This document shows positions 1 through 10,500 of a DNA stretch of 64,000 bases, in pieces. Position 1 is the stretch's first letter. Every line of letters starts with the position of its first letter. This DNA is from an uncultured bacterium (GTDB lineage: Bacteria > Zixibacteria > MSB-5A5 > JAABVY01 > JAHJOQ01). The stretch is from assembly GCA_965369655.1 (NCBI GenBank), contig CBDUQR010000002.1, forward strand, positions 33,857 through 97,856, read 5' to 3'. The notes under the pieces are model-generated. The model saw only the letters and a program-made list of their open reading frames with translations, did not search any database and was not told where the DNA came from. The translations under genes were made by a program, and so were the position numbers.

Positions 1-555
1 GCGCCGTTTGACGGCGAAATCACGGCCGTATATGTTGACCCGGGAGAGATGGTTGCGCTCGGACAGATTGTCTTCACTATTGTACGGACAGATACGATTG
101 AGATCAACGTGGAAGTCTCGGTTGAGGATGCCCTGTCTCTCTGGCCGGGTATGGACGCTGATATCCGTTCGAGATCAATTCCGGATACAGTCTTTTACGG
201 GATTCTGCATTCGGTATCAGTCAAAGCGAGCGAAGTAACAAAGAGGTACCCTGTTCGAGTACTGGTTCCAAACGAATGCGGGACTCTTCTGCCCGGCATG
301 CATACTGAGATAAGAATCATTACCGGCAGCATCTCGGATGCGATTATTGTTCCACTTGATGCCATACTCAATCGCAATGGAAAGAGAGTGGTGTTTGTCG
401 TTGAAAACGGAGTGGCTGTAATGAGGGAAGTCAGCATCGTTGCAAAACAGTCTACCGATGTCGTGCTTTCATCAGGAATTGCGGCCGGGGAGACACTTGT
501 TGTCGTTGGACAGCACAGCCTTCGGGACGGCCAGGAAGTCACAATCACCGAGTAG
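1..555 (+). CDS. Efflux RND periplasmic adaptor (membrane fusion protein). It is 5'-truncated at the window edge.
   Basis: The frame is open from position 1. The C-terminal beta-barrel motifs of HlyD/AcrA-type adaptors are present (FDGEITAVYVDPGEMV, GDQVTITE-like tail). A stop 3 nt before the RND permease start suggests translational coupling. Confidence 0.85.
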   Translation, partial: APFDGEITAVYVDPGEMVALGQIVFTIVRTDTIEINVEVSVEDALSLWPGMDADIRSRSIPDTVFYGILHSVSVKASEVTKRYPVRVLVPNECGTLLPGMHTEIRIITGSISDAIIVPLDAILNRNGKRVVFVVENGVAVMREVSIVAKQSTDVVLSSGIAAGETLVVVGQHSLRDGQEVTITE

Positions 556-557
556 TC

Positions 558-3500
558 ATGAGCAAGATATCCAACTACGCTGTCAATAACCCGGTCGTCG
601 TGAACCTGTTGATGATCGGGATCATCGTCATCGGCCTGTTCTGGGCTATGCCGGGCTTGCCCCGAGAGCTTATCCCTGAGATGTCGATGAACTGGGGGTT
701 CATTATCGTCCCATATCCGGGTGTTGCTCCTGACGAGATCGAGCAATACGTGACTATCCCGGTTGAAGACGAGGTTGAAGGTATCGACGGGATCGAGACG
801 ATTACCTCAACGAGTTCCGAGGGTCTTTCTCAAGTCTCTGTGAAATTCGAGACGATGTCGGATGATGAATTCGACAAGCGTTTCCAGGATCTCGAATCGA
901 GAGTGAACTCGATGCGTGATCTGCCGGATGGGGCGGAGGATCCGATCATCATCGATTTCGGTACCGCGGAAATGCTGCCGATGGTTTCGGTTGTCATCTC
1001 GGGCGACATTCCCGAGGCCGAAATGAAAGCGATTGCCGAGGATCTCCGCGACGTCATCGAGGACATCGACGATGTCTCGAAGGCCGACATCTATGGCCTG
1101 CGCGAACGAGAGATATGGGTGGAGGTCAGTTCCTCGAAGTTAGAGTATTATGGACTGACTCTCGGCCATATCGTGACGGCCTTGAACTCGCAGAACGTGT
1201 CGATACCCGGCGGCAGGATTGACGTTGGGCGCGAAGAGTATCTGCTCCGTACGGTCGGTCAGTTCGATTCGGTCGATGAGATGCGCGATGTGATCGTGGC
1301 CTCGACGCCGGACGGCGGATTCATCAGGCTCTCGGATATCGCCGAAATCTCTGATACTTTCGAGAAACGTACCACAACTTCGAGATACAACGACCAGAAA
1401 TCGATGACGATCTCGACATCGAAGAAATCGAACGGGAATACGATCGCGCTGATAAAGCAGATCAGGCAGACATGCGAGTATTACGAGACGAAGCTGCCGC
1501 CCGGTGTGACGATTTCGATCTCCAGCGATACCGGCATCATGATTGATGAGATTCTCTCCACGTTGACAAACAACGCGTATTTCGGCCTCATACTCGTGTT
1601 GATCCTGTTGACGATTGTCATGGGCTGGCGCAATGCGCTGTTTGCGGCGATCGGCATCCCGATATCGTTCATGCTGACGTTCATATTCCTCTGGGCCAGC
1701 GGGGAGTCATTCAACGGGAACTCACTCTTCGGACTTGTGCTTGTCCTCGGAGTCGTTGTCGATGATGCGATCATCATAATCGAAAACAGCTATCGCTATT
1801 TTCAACAGGGTTACAGCTCACATCAGGCAGCCAAACTCGGTACGGCAGAGGTAGTCGGCCCGGTTACAGCAGCCACAGCAACAACTATCGCAGTATTTCT
1901 TCCTCTGATGTTTGTTCCGGGCATAATCGGGAAGTTCATGAGAATCGTACCGATTACAGTCTGCCTGACGCTCATAGCTTCTCTTTTCGAGTCATTCGTG
2001 ATACTCCCGTCGCATTTCGCGGAGTGGAGCGGCAAACTTAGGTCAAGGAAGAAGAAGCACAGACCCTGGTTCGGAAAGCTGCGTCGCCGGTATATAAAGA
2101 TGCTGGCATTCACGATCCGCCGTCGCTATGTCGCGGTTTCCTCGATTGTGGTGCTACTCTTCGTAGCGGGCGTATTCATCGTCGCGGTAGTGGGTGTGGA
2201 GCTGTTTCGCGAAGACGAGATGGATATGATGCAGATATTCGTTCAGCTTCCACCGGGAACACGAATCGAAACGACTGATGAAATTCTCAGGGATATCGAA
2301 CAGCTTGTCTGGAAACTCCCGGATGGTGAGGTCGAATCCGTTATTGGCACCGGTGGTGTTATGCAGACGGACAAGGAGTGGCTGCAACGGACGTATGTCG
2401 GGCAAGTGGTGGTTAATCTGAGGAACAAGAAAGAGCGACTCTATACGGGGCCGCAGTTGCGCGCGATGATGGATTCGCTGATCAGGCCGCTGATCGCCGG
2501 AACCGAGGACATTAGAGTTGCAACTATCAATACCGGTCCGCCTGTGGGAGCGCCAATCGAGTTCAAGATCAAGGGGAAACATTTCGATCAACTCGAAAAG
2601 CTTGCCGATGAACTCAAAGACTCGCTCGCGACAGTTCCGGGCGTCTACAGCATCAACGACGATTTCCAGCTTGGCAAGAGGGAGCTTAAGGTCGAGGTCG
2701 ATATCGAGCGCGCGGCGATGCTCGGTCTCGACGTCGCAACGGTCGCTGCGGCTGTCGGCGGCGCATTCGACGGGATCCCGGCTGGCGTGTACCGGGATGG
2801 CGACGACGAGGTCGATATAATCGTCAAGTATGATAGGGGAAGCAGGAACGAACTTGATGATCTTCAGAATCTCAAGATCATGAACAGGTTCGGTCAGTTG
2901 ATCGCATTCAGGGATGTTGCCACGGTCCAGACCGATCAGGGCTACGCTGACATCCATCGATTCGATGGCGACAGGGCGATCACCGTCTCGGCTGAAATCG
3001 ACAAGGCGCAGAGCACTATCGACGTTGCTATCAACAAAATTGTCGAATCATACGAAGCGATCTCTCCAAAATACCCAGGGTACAGGATCGACTTCGGCGG
3101 AGAATTCAAAGAATTCGAGACAGCGTTCGACAATATCATAATGCTTTTCATGGTCGGAATGATACTGATATATGCTATCCTCGGCGCACAGTTCAAATCG
3201 TTTGCGCAGCCGCTCATTATCATGTTTACGATACCGTTCGCTGTGATCGGCGCGGCGCTCGGACTGTTCGTGACGGGCAATCCGTTTTCGATCGCCACCA
3301 TGTACGGCATCGTGGCACTTGCGGGGATCGTGGTGAACGACTCGCTCGTATTGATCAGCTTCGTCAACAGCCGTCGTGTGACAGGAGCGGAGAGGCTTCG
3401 CGCTGTCATGAAAGCCGGCCTGATCCGGCTGCGACCAATCATCCTGACGTCGATCACTACGATATTTGGTCTTCTGCCGATGACGCTCGGTCTTGGCGGT

Positions 3501-3689
3501 AAATCCTTGACATGGTCACCGCTCGCGAACACGATCGTCTGGGGGCTCTCAGTCGCGACATTGATGACGCTCTTTATCATTCCAGCGCTGTATCTGATAG
3601 TCAGCGACATATCGAGATACTTCGGGGTGTCGAGATTCAAATCCGATGTAACAGACAGATCGCTGAGAAAGAGATTCCTGACTCGATAG
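558..3689 (+). CDS. RND efflux transporter permease (AcrB/CzcA superfamily), 1043 aa
   Basis: It has the 12-TM architecture with two large periplasmic loops and conserved RND motifs (GLVLVLGVVVDDAIIIIEN, repeated in the second half). It directly follows the adaptor gene. Confidence 0.9.
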   Translation: MSKISNYAVNNPVVVNLLMIGIIVIGLFWAMPGLPRELIPEMSMNWGFIIVPYPGVAPDEIEQYVTIPVEDEVEGIDGIETITSTSSEGLSQVSVKFETMSDDEFDKRFQDLESRVNSMRDLPDGAEDPIIIDFGTAEMLPMVSVVISGDIPEAEMKAIAEDLRDVIEDIDDVSKADIYGLREREIWVEVSSSKLEYYGLTLGHIVTALNSQNVSIPGGRIDVGREEYLLRTVGQFDSVDEMRDVIVASTPDGGFIRLSDIAEISDTFEKRTTTSRYNDQKSMTISTSKKSNGNTIALIKQIRQTCEYYETKLPPGVTISISSDTGIMIDEILSTLTNNAYFGLILVLILLTIVMGWRNALFAAIGIPISFMLTFIFLWASGESFNGNSLFGLVLVLGVVVDDAIIIIENSYRYFQQGYSSHQAAKLGTAEVVGPVTAATATTIAVFLPLMFVPGIIGKFMRIVPITVCLTLIASLFESFVILPSHFAEWSGKLRSRKKKHRPWFGKLRRRYIKMLAFTIRRRYVAVSSIVVLLFVAGVFIVAVVGVELFREDEMDMMQIFVQLPPGTRIETTDEILRDIEQLVWKLPDGEVESVIGTGGVMQTDKEWLQRTYVGQVVVNLRNKKERLYTGPQLRAMMDSLIRPLIAGTEDIRVATINTGPPVGAPIEFKIKGKHFDQLEKLADELKDSLATVPGVYSINDDFQLGKRELKVEVDIERAAMLGLDVATVAAAVGGAFDGIPAGVYRDGDDEVDIIVKYDRGSRNELDDLQNLKIMNRFGQLIAFRDVATVQTDQGYADIHRFDGDRAITVSAEIDKAQSTIDVAINKIVESYEAISPKYPGYRIDFGGEFKEFETAFDNIIMLFMVGMILIYAILGAQFKSFAQPLIIMFTIPFAVIGAALGLFVTGNPFSIATMYGIVALAGIVVNDSLVLISFVNSRRVTGAERLRAVMKAGLIRLRPIILTSITTIFGLLPMTLGLGGKSLTWSPLANTIVWGLSVATLMTLFIIPALYLIVSDISRYFGVSRFKSDVTDRSLRKRFLTR

Positions 3690-3739
3690 CTAAGTAGAAC
3701 ACAACTCGAAAATTCTATTCCACCAGCAAAGAAAGTATC

Positions 3740-3768
3740 TTGACTAATCTGTCGACTTGTGGTATAAT
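3740..3768 (+). promoter_or_regulatory. Sigma70-like promoter with extended -10 (TTGACT-N17-TGgTATAAT), upstream of the 3886 gene
   Basis: TTGACT is at 3740-3745 and TATAAT at 3763-3768, separated by a 17-nt spacer that ends in TGG. This is the only sense-strand consensus promoter in the 196-nt gap. Confidence 0.4.
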
Positions 3769-3885
3769 TTCTATACAAGAGCGCGGTAATAGCTTCTACC
3801 CCTCCTATTTTATCACCGTCGTATCAAGGTGTACTGGTGCACCTGATTGCATCAGAACAACAAACAACTTCATAAGGAGGACGCC

Positions 3886-4722
3886 ATGAAGTGTTCGACC
3901 AGTATCATCCTGACAATCCTGCTGTCGATTTCGTTTATTGGCAGTACGGCATTGGCACAATTACCGGGGGACTGCAACGGATCTGGAGGAATCGACATCG
4001 ACGACGTGGTTTTAATCACATCCTACTTGTTGGAAGGGGACCAAGTTCCGACACCGGAATCAAGATCGAACTGTGACTGTGACAATAACCCTGGAATCTC
4101 GTTGGCTGATGCAGCGTTTATTATAGAAAGCATCTTCAATGGTCAGCAGTTGTTCCCGCCGACTGGCACAAAACTGACCAGGGGTTCCAGATCGACGATG
4201 TTCACAGGCGGACGGGCTACCGGGCTTCCGGGCATGGACAGGATAACTGTCCACATCGCAGTCGAGCCAAATGAAACCATCAACGGATTTCTGATACCGT
4301 TCTCTTACGCTTCACTGGCAGGCGACGCGGATATAAGCCTGACAAGCGTCGATTTTACGGGTTCCCTTCTTGAAGGATCGATAGTAGCGGTTATTGACGA
4401 TTCGAACAAGGTTCTCATGCTGTATGATGATCCACTTGCTCCGCCGAGTCTTACAGGGGGGACAATTGGACTTCTGGCCACTGTCTACTTCACCCAGAAT
4501 GCTCCCGGGAACGCTGTAGCGCTTCTCAAGACATCGACCGACAGGGTATCGCCGCTGCTCTTCCCGGAAGATTTTGTGAGTGATGATGGAGCACGGGTGC
4601 TTTATCCGGGCTTTGTCGAAAGGCCTATTGGCGATATTGACTGTTCATACTCCGTGGATATTGACGATGTTGTTGGAATGATAGGTTACATTTTTTCCGG
4701 CTTGCCGATCTGTTACTGGTAG
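3886..4722 (+). CDS. Secreted adaptor protein: N-terminal double dockerin-like repeat, cohesin-like beta-sandwich segment, C-terminal single dockerin-like repeat
   Basis: There is an AGGAGG RBS 7 nt upstream of ATG 3886 (the six-frame ORF start at 3847 lacks an RBS). A signal peptide is present (MKCSTSIILTILLSISFIGSTALA). Dockerin-like Ca-binding repeats are GDCNGSGGIDIDDVVLITSYLL, CDCDNNPGISLADAAFIIESIF and a third copy DIDCSYSVDIDDVVGMIGYIF. The central segment (RITVHIAVEPNETINGFLIPFSYASLAGDADISLTSVDFTGSLLEGSIVAVIDDSNKVLMLYDD) has the alternating hydrophobic pattern of cohesin modules. Confidence 0.6.
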   Translation: MKCSTSIILTILLSISFIGSTALAQLPGDCNGSGGIDIDDVVLITSYLLEGDQVPTPESRSNCDCDNNPGISLADAAFIIESIFNGQQLFPPTGTKLTRGSRSTMFTGGRATGLPGMDRITVHIAVEPNETINGFLIPFSYASLAGDADISLTSVDFTGSLLEGSIVAVIDDSNKVLMLYDDPLAPPSLTGGTIGLLATVYFTQNAPGNAVALLKTSTDRVSPLLFPEDFVSDDGARVLYPGFVERPIGDIDCSYSVDIDDVVGMIGYIFSGLPICYW

Positions 4723-4914
4723 CAAAATACCTGGGTCAGGACTGCCTGTCACTCGTCTCAGGACGAACAGGGGTCCTGACCTGTTACTCCTGGATTATCC
4801 TGGCAACGCTCGATGGTATCCATCCTGTTTCGCCATCCGATTTCCGGCATTGAAGAGCGTGTAAGTATTTTATGTAAGCGGCCATGATGTGTATTGATTT
4901 GAAGGAGGATACAC

Positions 4915-5170
4915 ATGGTCGACAAGCGCGACGATGCAGACAAGCTCATTGATGAGCTGATCGCAGGCTAAGTTCCCGAGGAGATAGTTGGCGAGGGTGG
5001 TCTACAGCAAGCCCTTACCAAACGGGTCTACGAACGGGCTTTTGAGGTGGAGATGACGCATCATCTGGGTTACCCGCCCAGAGCCCCCGAGGGCAGGAAC
5101 ACGGGCAACTCCCGTAATGGAAAGACCACCAAAACAGTCAAGACCGGGACCGAGTCGGTCGCAGATCCCG
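4915..5170 (+). pseudogene. IS256-family (mutator-type) transposase N-terminal remnant with an in-frame TAA
   Basis: There is a GGAGGA RBS before ATG 4915. The translation MVDKRDDADKLIDELIAG*VPEEIVGEGGLQQALTKRVYERAFEVEMTHHLGYPPRAPEGRNTGNSRNGKTTKTVKT matches the conserved IS256 transposase N-terminus (…LGY…GNSRNG…KTVKT). An in-frame stop lies at 4969-4971. Homology is lost after about 85 codons and no DDE domain follows. Confidence 0.6.
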
Positions 5171-5369
5171 TCATTGACCCCGATCTTCTCCCTCCGGGAT
5201 CCCGTGGGAGAGGGGATCCTGAGGGAGTTGCATTTCTGCCGAAACTACCTTTTGGGACAACCTCTCCACATGTGCCGATGGCGTTCAAGGTGGGGCAGAC
5301 TCTTCGAGGCACAGGACTCGCGAGGAGAGGCTGTCCCAAAAGTAGGTCGTGTTCCGAACCTGATGTAAT

Positions 5370-5600
5370 TCGGTCTCTGATCCCGATCCCGAGGGACTGG
5401 CAGGCTTCGCCTGCTGCGGAACGCCGACCTACTGGAGACCAGGACTTATGAGACAACCTCAGGACGTCTGCCGCCCACAGGAAACAGATCGCCACGTCGC
5501 TGTCGCTCCTCGCGATGACGTCGATTCCTGTTCACACCATGAGGGTTTTCTTAACAAGCCCGTCCTTTCCGGTTGCGATTGCTATATCCGATCAGTTGTC
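5370..5600. repeat. Noncoding repeat module, family C copy 1 (co-linear with 63385-63582)
   Basis: It shares ordered sub-motifs with the 63385-63582 copy: CGGTC..GATCCCGATCCYGAGGGAC, then AGATCRCCACGTCG..CGCTCCT..GATGACG, then TTTTCWAACAAGCCC. Confidence 0.45.
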
Positions 5601-5602
5601 TG

Positions 5603-6817
5603 TTAGCTTGAATATGGATCTTTGCCCTGGAGCTTGTCAGCGTAGAGCGGCGACATGGCAAGAAGCTTCTCGATAATCTCAGGCATGACCGAGATCATGT
5701 AGTCGACCTCTTCCTCACTGTTGTCCTTGCCCATCGAGACTGTGAGCGATCCCGAGCACAACTCCGCCGGAACGCCTACCGCCGTCAGCACATGCGATGT
5801 GACGAGATCTTCTTCGTCCTTACCCCGCAGGTTGGATGCGCACGCCGATCCTGATGCACACATGACGCCTTTCATGTTGAGCATCAGAAGCAGTGATTCG
5901 CCTTCGATGTACCTGATCCAGAAGCTGACATGTCCGGGCAGCCGGTACATCGGATGGCCGGTAAATTCGAGGAATTCGACATTGTTGTCGAGCCAGTCCC
6001 AGAGTTTTGTCTGGAGATTATCGAGGTGCTCGGTTCTTGACGGCGTTTCATCTATGGCGATTTCGCATGCTTTGCCCATTCCAACAATGCCGGGCAGATT
6101 CTCGGTGCCGGACCTGTAGCCCATTTCCTGCATTCCGCCGTCGAGCTGGCACTTGAGCAGGTTTCCGCTTTTCACATAGAGCGCGCCGACTCCCTTCGGC
6201 CCGTACATATTGTGCGACGAGAGCGTCATCGAGTCGACGTCGAGAAGGCGTACATCGATCGGGATGTTGCCGCCAGCCGCCGCAGCATCGGTGTGAAAAA
6301 ACACTCCCATCTCAGATGCAAACTTCCCAATGTCACCGATCTTCTGGACGGTCCCGATCTCGGAGCTTGCAGACTGTACGATCACCATCGCGGTATCGGC
6401 GCGAATCGCTTTGCGAACAGCAATCGGATCAACCCTGCCGTATTTGTCGCATTCGACGAGCGTGATTTCGTAGTCATCCTGCCTGAGTGCGTGGAACTGG
6501 CTGAGTACCGAGAAGTGTTCGATCGACGACGCGACAATATGCCTGCCCTTGTCCCGGTTGGCCTGCAGAAAGCCTTTGATCGCAAGGTTGTTCGATTCGG
6601 TCGCGCCGGAAGTGAAGATCACTTCATCCGATTCGGCGTTGATAAGACTTGCGACCTGCTCGCGAGCCTTGTCGAGCGCCTGCCCCGCCGCAACACCCTG
6701 CTTGTGGATGTGCGACGACGGGTTGCCGTAAAACTCTGAGAAATATGGCAGCATTGCCTCGACAACGCGCCTGTCGACCGGCGTCGTGGACTGGTGGTCG
6801 AAGTATATATTTCTCAT
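5603..6817 (-). CDS. nifS: Cysteine desulfurase (NifS/IscS class V aminotransferase)
   Basis: The 404-aa protein has the N-terminus MRNIYFDHQSTTPVDRRVVEAML and a PLP-lysine region (SSHNMYGPKGVGALY). A NifU scaffold gene follows on the same strand. Confidence 0.85.
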   Translation of the reverse strand: MRNIYFDHQSTTPVDRRVVEAMLPYFSEFYGNPSSHIHKQGVAAGQALDKAREQVASLINAESDEVIFTSGATESNNLAIKGFLQANRDKGRHIVASSIEHFSVLSQFHALRQDDYEITLVECDKYGRVDPIAVRKAIRADTAMVIVQSASSEIGTVQKIGDIGKFASEMGVFFHTDAAAAGGNIPIDVRLLDVDSMTLSSHNMYGPKGVGALYVKSGNLLKCQLDGGMQEMGYRSGTENLPGIVGMGKACEIAIDETPSRTEHLDNLQTKLWDWLDNNVEFLEFTGHPMYRLPGHVSFWIRYIEGESLLLMLNMKGVMCASGSACASNLRGKDEEDLVTSHVLTAVGVPAELCSGSLTVSMGKDNSEEEVDYMISVMPEIIEKLLAMSPLYADKLQGKDPYSS

Positions 6818-6919
6818 GCGCTTAATATATTCGTGATGGTCAAGTAGGGCAGGAGTGCCTCACTCCTGCCGCAACAAGATGGCAGGTGTCGGGGACACCT
6901 GCACTACTCGGTTGGGGAG

Positions 6920-7327
6920 TCAATTTTCTTTCGATTCATCTCCTTCGTGCGATTCCCTGAACTGCTTCAGCGCTTTCGCAAGAGCTTCCTCGGCCATCAC
7001 CGAGCAATGGTGCTTCACAGGCGGCAGGCCTCCGAGAGCATCGATAACCTGACGATTGGTGATTTCTTCGGCCTCTTCGATGGTCTTGCCCTTGATTATT
7101 TCCGTGAGCATAGATGATGCGGCGATTGCGGCGCCGCAACCGAATGTCTTGAATTTCGCATCGATTATTATACCGTTCTCGACCTTAAGGTACAGCCTCA
7201 TCATATCCCCGCATGCCGGGTTGCCGACATCGGCGATCACGTCGGCATCCTTGATCTCACCCATGTTGCGAGGGTTGGTGAAATGCTCCATCACTGTTTC
7301 TGAATATGGATACAACCTGCCTGACAT
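6920..7327 (-). CDS. nifU: Fe-S cluster assembly scaffold NifU/IscU
   Basis: The protein contains HFTNPRNMGEIKDADVIADVGNPACGDMMRLYLKV…FKTFGCGAAIAASS…KHHCSVMAEEALKAA, the three conserved Cys and His of the U-type scaffold. The start is set at the internal Met (MSGRLYPYSETVMEHF), not at the longer six-frame ORF. Confidence 0.85.
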   Translation of the reverse strand: MSGRLYPYSETVMEHFTNPRNMGEIKDADVIADVGNPACGDMMRLYLKVENGIIIDAKFKTFGCGAAIAASSMLTEIIKGKTIEEAEEITNRQVIDALGGLPPVKHHCSVMAEEALAKALKQFRESHEGDESKEN

Positions 7328-7548
7328 CGATCTTACTCCAACATTGACCCACCCGCCGCTGCGCTCTGGGTGGGCTATAGACTGTTGTCTCAGGCGCACG
7401 TTATATGCGCACATTTTGCCAGCACATATTATACACGAAAATTCTCTTTTTCAAAGGGAAAAAGTGTCCGGTTTTGGACATTACAGATTCGGCTGCGCAG
7501 TCGAGGATATCTTCAGCGAGGAGCAGTTCGAGAGGATCGCGATCGGTA

Positions 7549-10500
7549 TCACGCGGGTTGGAGCTTAACTCGATCCAATTCAGTTCTGATTGCCGCTCCG
7601 ATGGTTGCCTTGGTAAAGGGCTTCCTGACATAAGCACCAGCGCCGAGCGCCTGAGCCCAGAGCACCAGCCCCGACTCTGCGAACCCGGATACGATGATCG
7701 CTTTCTGGCCGGGGTGAATCCTGGAAATCAGCCTGTAGGTCTCGGCTCCGTCTATTCCGGGTGGCATGATCATATCAAGAATCAGGAGGTCCTGTGGATT
7801 ATCCTTCAGGAATTCAATTGCTTTCTCGCCACTCTCGACTGCGCTGACGGCGTAGCCAAGCTTCTTCAGGATTCTGGTGGAGACATCACGCTGGACCTCA
7901 TCATCGTCGATAATCAGTATCGTTTCGGTACCACCGACGATCTGCACAGATTCCTGCTCGTCAGCGGTCTTTCGGGTGATAGGGAAGTAGAGGTAGAACG
8001 ATGTCCCTCCTCCGACATTGCTGCTCAAGTCCAGGTATCCATTGTGGTCTTTCATGACTGCATCGACAACGCTCAAGCCAAGTCCTGAGCCCCGTTTCTT
8101 GTCAGCAGTCTTGGATGTAAAGAAAGGATCGAATATCTTCTGGATTATGTCGTCCGGGATGCCGCAGCCGGTATCGGATATGATTACCTTGACATACTCG
8201 CCCTTGGGGACGCGACCGTAGACTATGCTCACATCATCAACATAGTAGTTCTTGGTCTTCACGGTAATCGTTCCCACGCCATGCAAAGCATCCTGAGCAT
8301 TGCACAATAGATTCGAAATGCACCGATCAATCTGGGCAGCGCCTCCCATGACATTCATCAAATCGTCGCAGAGGTCAGTTTCGCAGCTTATCGTGCCGGA
8401 TCGGGTATCTATCACATTGACGGCGTGCGACACAATCCTGTTCAGGTTTATTACTTCCTGATTGTAATGGCCTCTTCTGCCCATGGCCAGGAGGTCCTGG
8501 TTGATATCACTTATCCTCTCCGCCGCGTTTTCGATATCATCAAGGTATATCAAGGCTGGATGGTTGTCCGGGAGTTCATCGCGAATCATATCCGGGTATG
8601 CCATTAACGGAGCCAGCAGATTGTTGAAATCATGGGCTACCTGCCCGGCAATCTTTCCCGCTGTCTCAAGACGTTCAGCGCGAGATTCGAGTGCCCGGAG
8701 GCGTCTGGTCTCGGTGATGTCGATAACATTACCAAACGCACCGATATATCTGCCGTTTTCGTCGAGGCGGGGAGAGACGGATACAAGCAGGATTCTCCGA
8801 TTGTTCTTTGCGGTGGTGATTTCGAGTTCATACTTGGAGGATTCCCCTCTCAGTCGGCATGCGGTTTGTTGCAGGATTATCTCCTTCTGGTCCGAATCAG
8901 CATAGTCCAGAAGAGACTTTCCGATCATCTTTTCAGGATCATCTTCCTCGAAGATACTCGCGCATGCCGGGTTGCAGAAGGTGACCTTTTCGTTCTCATC
9001 TACGACAACGATTCCCTCCAGCAGCGAAGAAAACAACTCGTCGTACTGGCTCTCCGACTTCTTCAGTGCATCCTCCACCTGTTTGCACTCGGTGATGTCG
9101 ATGCCCAACCCGATCAGATAAGTCCTCCCTTCGATCACCACTCTTCTACCGGTGAAGTAATACGGAGTTTTCATTCCCTCCTTGGTAACAAGAAGGTTCT
9201 CCATTGAACTCCAACCCTTATCGTAAACCTCCTGCATTCTTCTCGCGCATTTATCCCTCTCCGGTCCCTCTTCGAAGAAGTCCAAGAACGCCATCAGTTG
9301 GAGTTCTTCCTCTGAATATCCAGTAACTTGCGCCCAATTGTCGTTTCTTGACTGGAGAAGTCCGCTGTCTTTTTCAATGACATAAGAGAGCCCCGGCATA
9401 CTTTGGATAATGTTGGATGAATAATCCCGCTCGGCCTGCAGCAGGGTCTCCGCCCGCTTGCGCTCGGTGATGTCAAATACCCTCGCCTGAAGCACTTCCT
9501 TACCATTCAGCTCCATCTTATCAAGCAACACTTGGGCAGGAAAATCAGTACCGTCCAAACGTCGGTGTAAATGCTCAAACCGCGCGCTGCCTTCTTTTAT
9601 GGCAAGTGCAATATTGTTCTTGGCATAACTCATCGAATCAGTGCCGTCCGGCTGGGTCGGAGGCGAGAAATCGGCCGGATGCCTGTTACAAAATTCCTCT
9701 TTGGTGGCACAACCGAAAAGTCGCAGCGTCGCATCATTGCAATCAAAAAAACCTTTCTCATCGAGGAGCATTATCGAATCGCTAGACGAATCGTACAGGA
9801 CCTGGAGCTTGATCTTACTCTCGCGTATTGCCTCCTCCGCCCGTTTGCGCTCAGTGATGTCCAGCAGGATTCCGATGGAGCCGACAACCTGACCGGAATC
9901 GTCGCGAATAGGTACGGCATAGTCGCTGATCCACTTGACGTCCCCAGATGAGGTTTGGATGCGAACATCGGCTCTGTACTGCGCAGTTTCACCCCGCCGG
10001 AAGACTTCGCCGTAGGTGGCGTGATCTTCCGGACCGTCAGGATCCGTTACCACCTGTTCCATAATTATCTCGCTGTAAGCCTGTGGGGAGAACTCTTTCT
10101 GCGCAATACCAATCAGGTTTTCAATCCCGGCTCCGACGAAGACATACTTGCCGCTGGCCAGATCGAACTGATATGGAACTCCGCTCGCATTCTCGATGGT
10201 GCTTCGGTAAATCGATTCCGATTCACGCAGCGCCCTCTCCGCCTGTTTGCGCTCGGTGATGTCGCGAGCAATTCCGCACAGACCGATGATCTTGCCGGAG
10301 GTGTCGTACATCGGCACTTTGATGGTATGGAAGGTTATCTGAACCCCTTGAATAGGCTTGGTGTGTTCCTCCTCAACGGTCTCCCCACCAAGAACGCGAG
10401 AGTCCACTTCCCTGATGTGGGAGCCTGCTTCCGTTCCGAAGATATCTTCATCTGTCCGACCGATCAGCTCAAAGACCGAAAGTTCGAAAAGCCTCTCCAT

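Noticed and set aside
2154-2957. 267-aa minus-strand ORF, with other small ORFs inside 558-3689
   Set aside because: They are antisense to the RND permease, whose twelve-TM and periplasmic-loop architecture is unambiguous.
4723-4800. Long hairpin GGGTCAGGAC…GTCCTGACC after the adaptor gene, considered as a terminator
   Set aside because: The stem is strong but has a 28-nt loop and no trailing T-tract. It was not called as a Rho-independent terminator and may be a structural or processing element.
5047-5495. ORFs 5047-5451(+), 5070-5495(-) and 5117-5368(+)
   Set aside because: They are mutually overlapping frames across the transposase remnant and repeat module with Pro/Arg/Gly-rich translations. 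They are GC-rich noncoding sequence.
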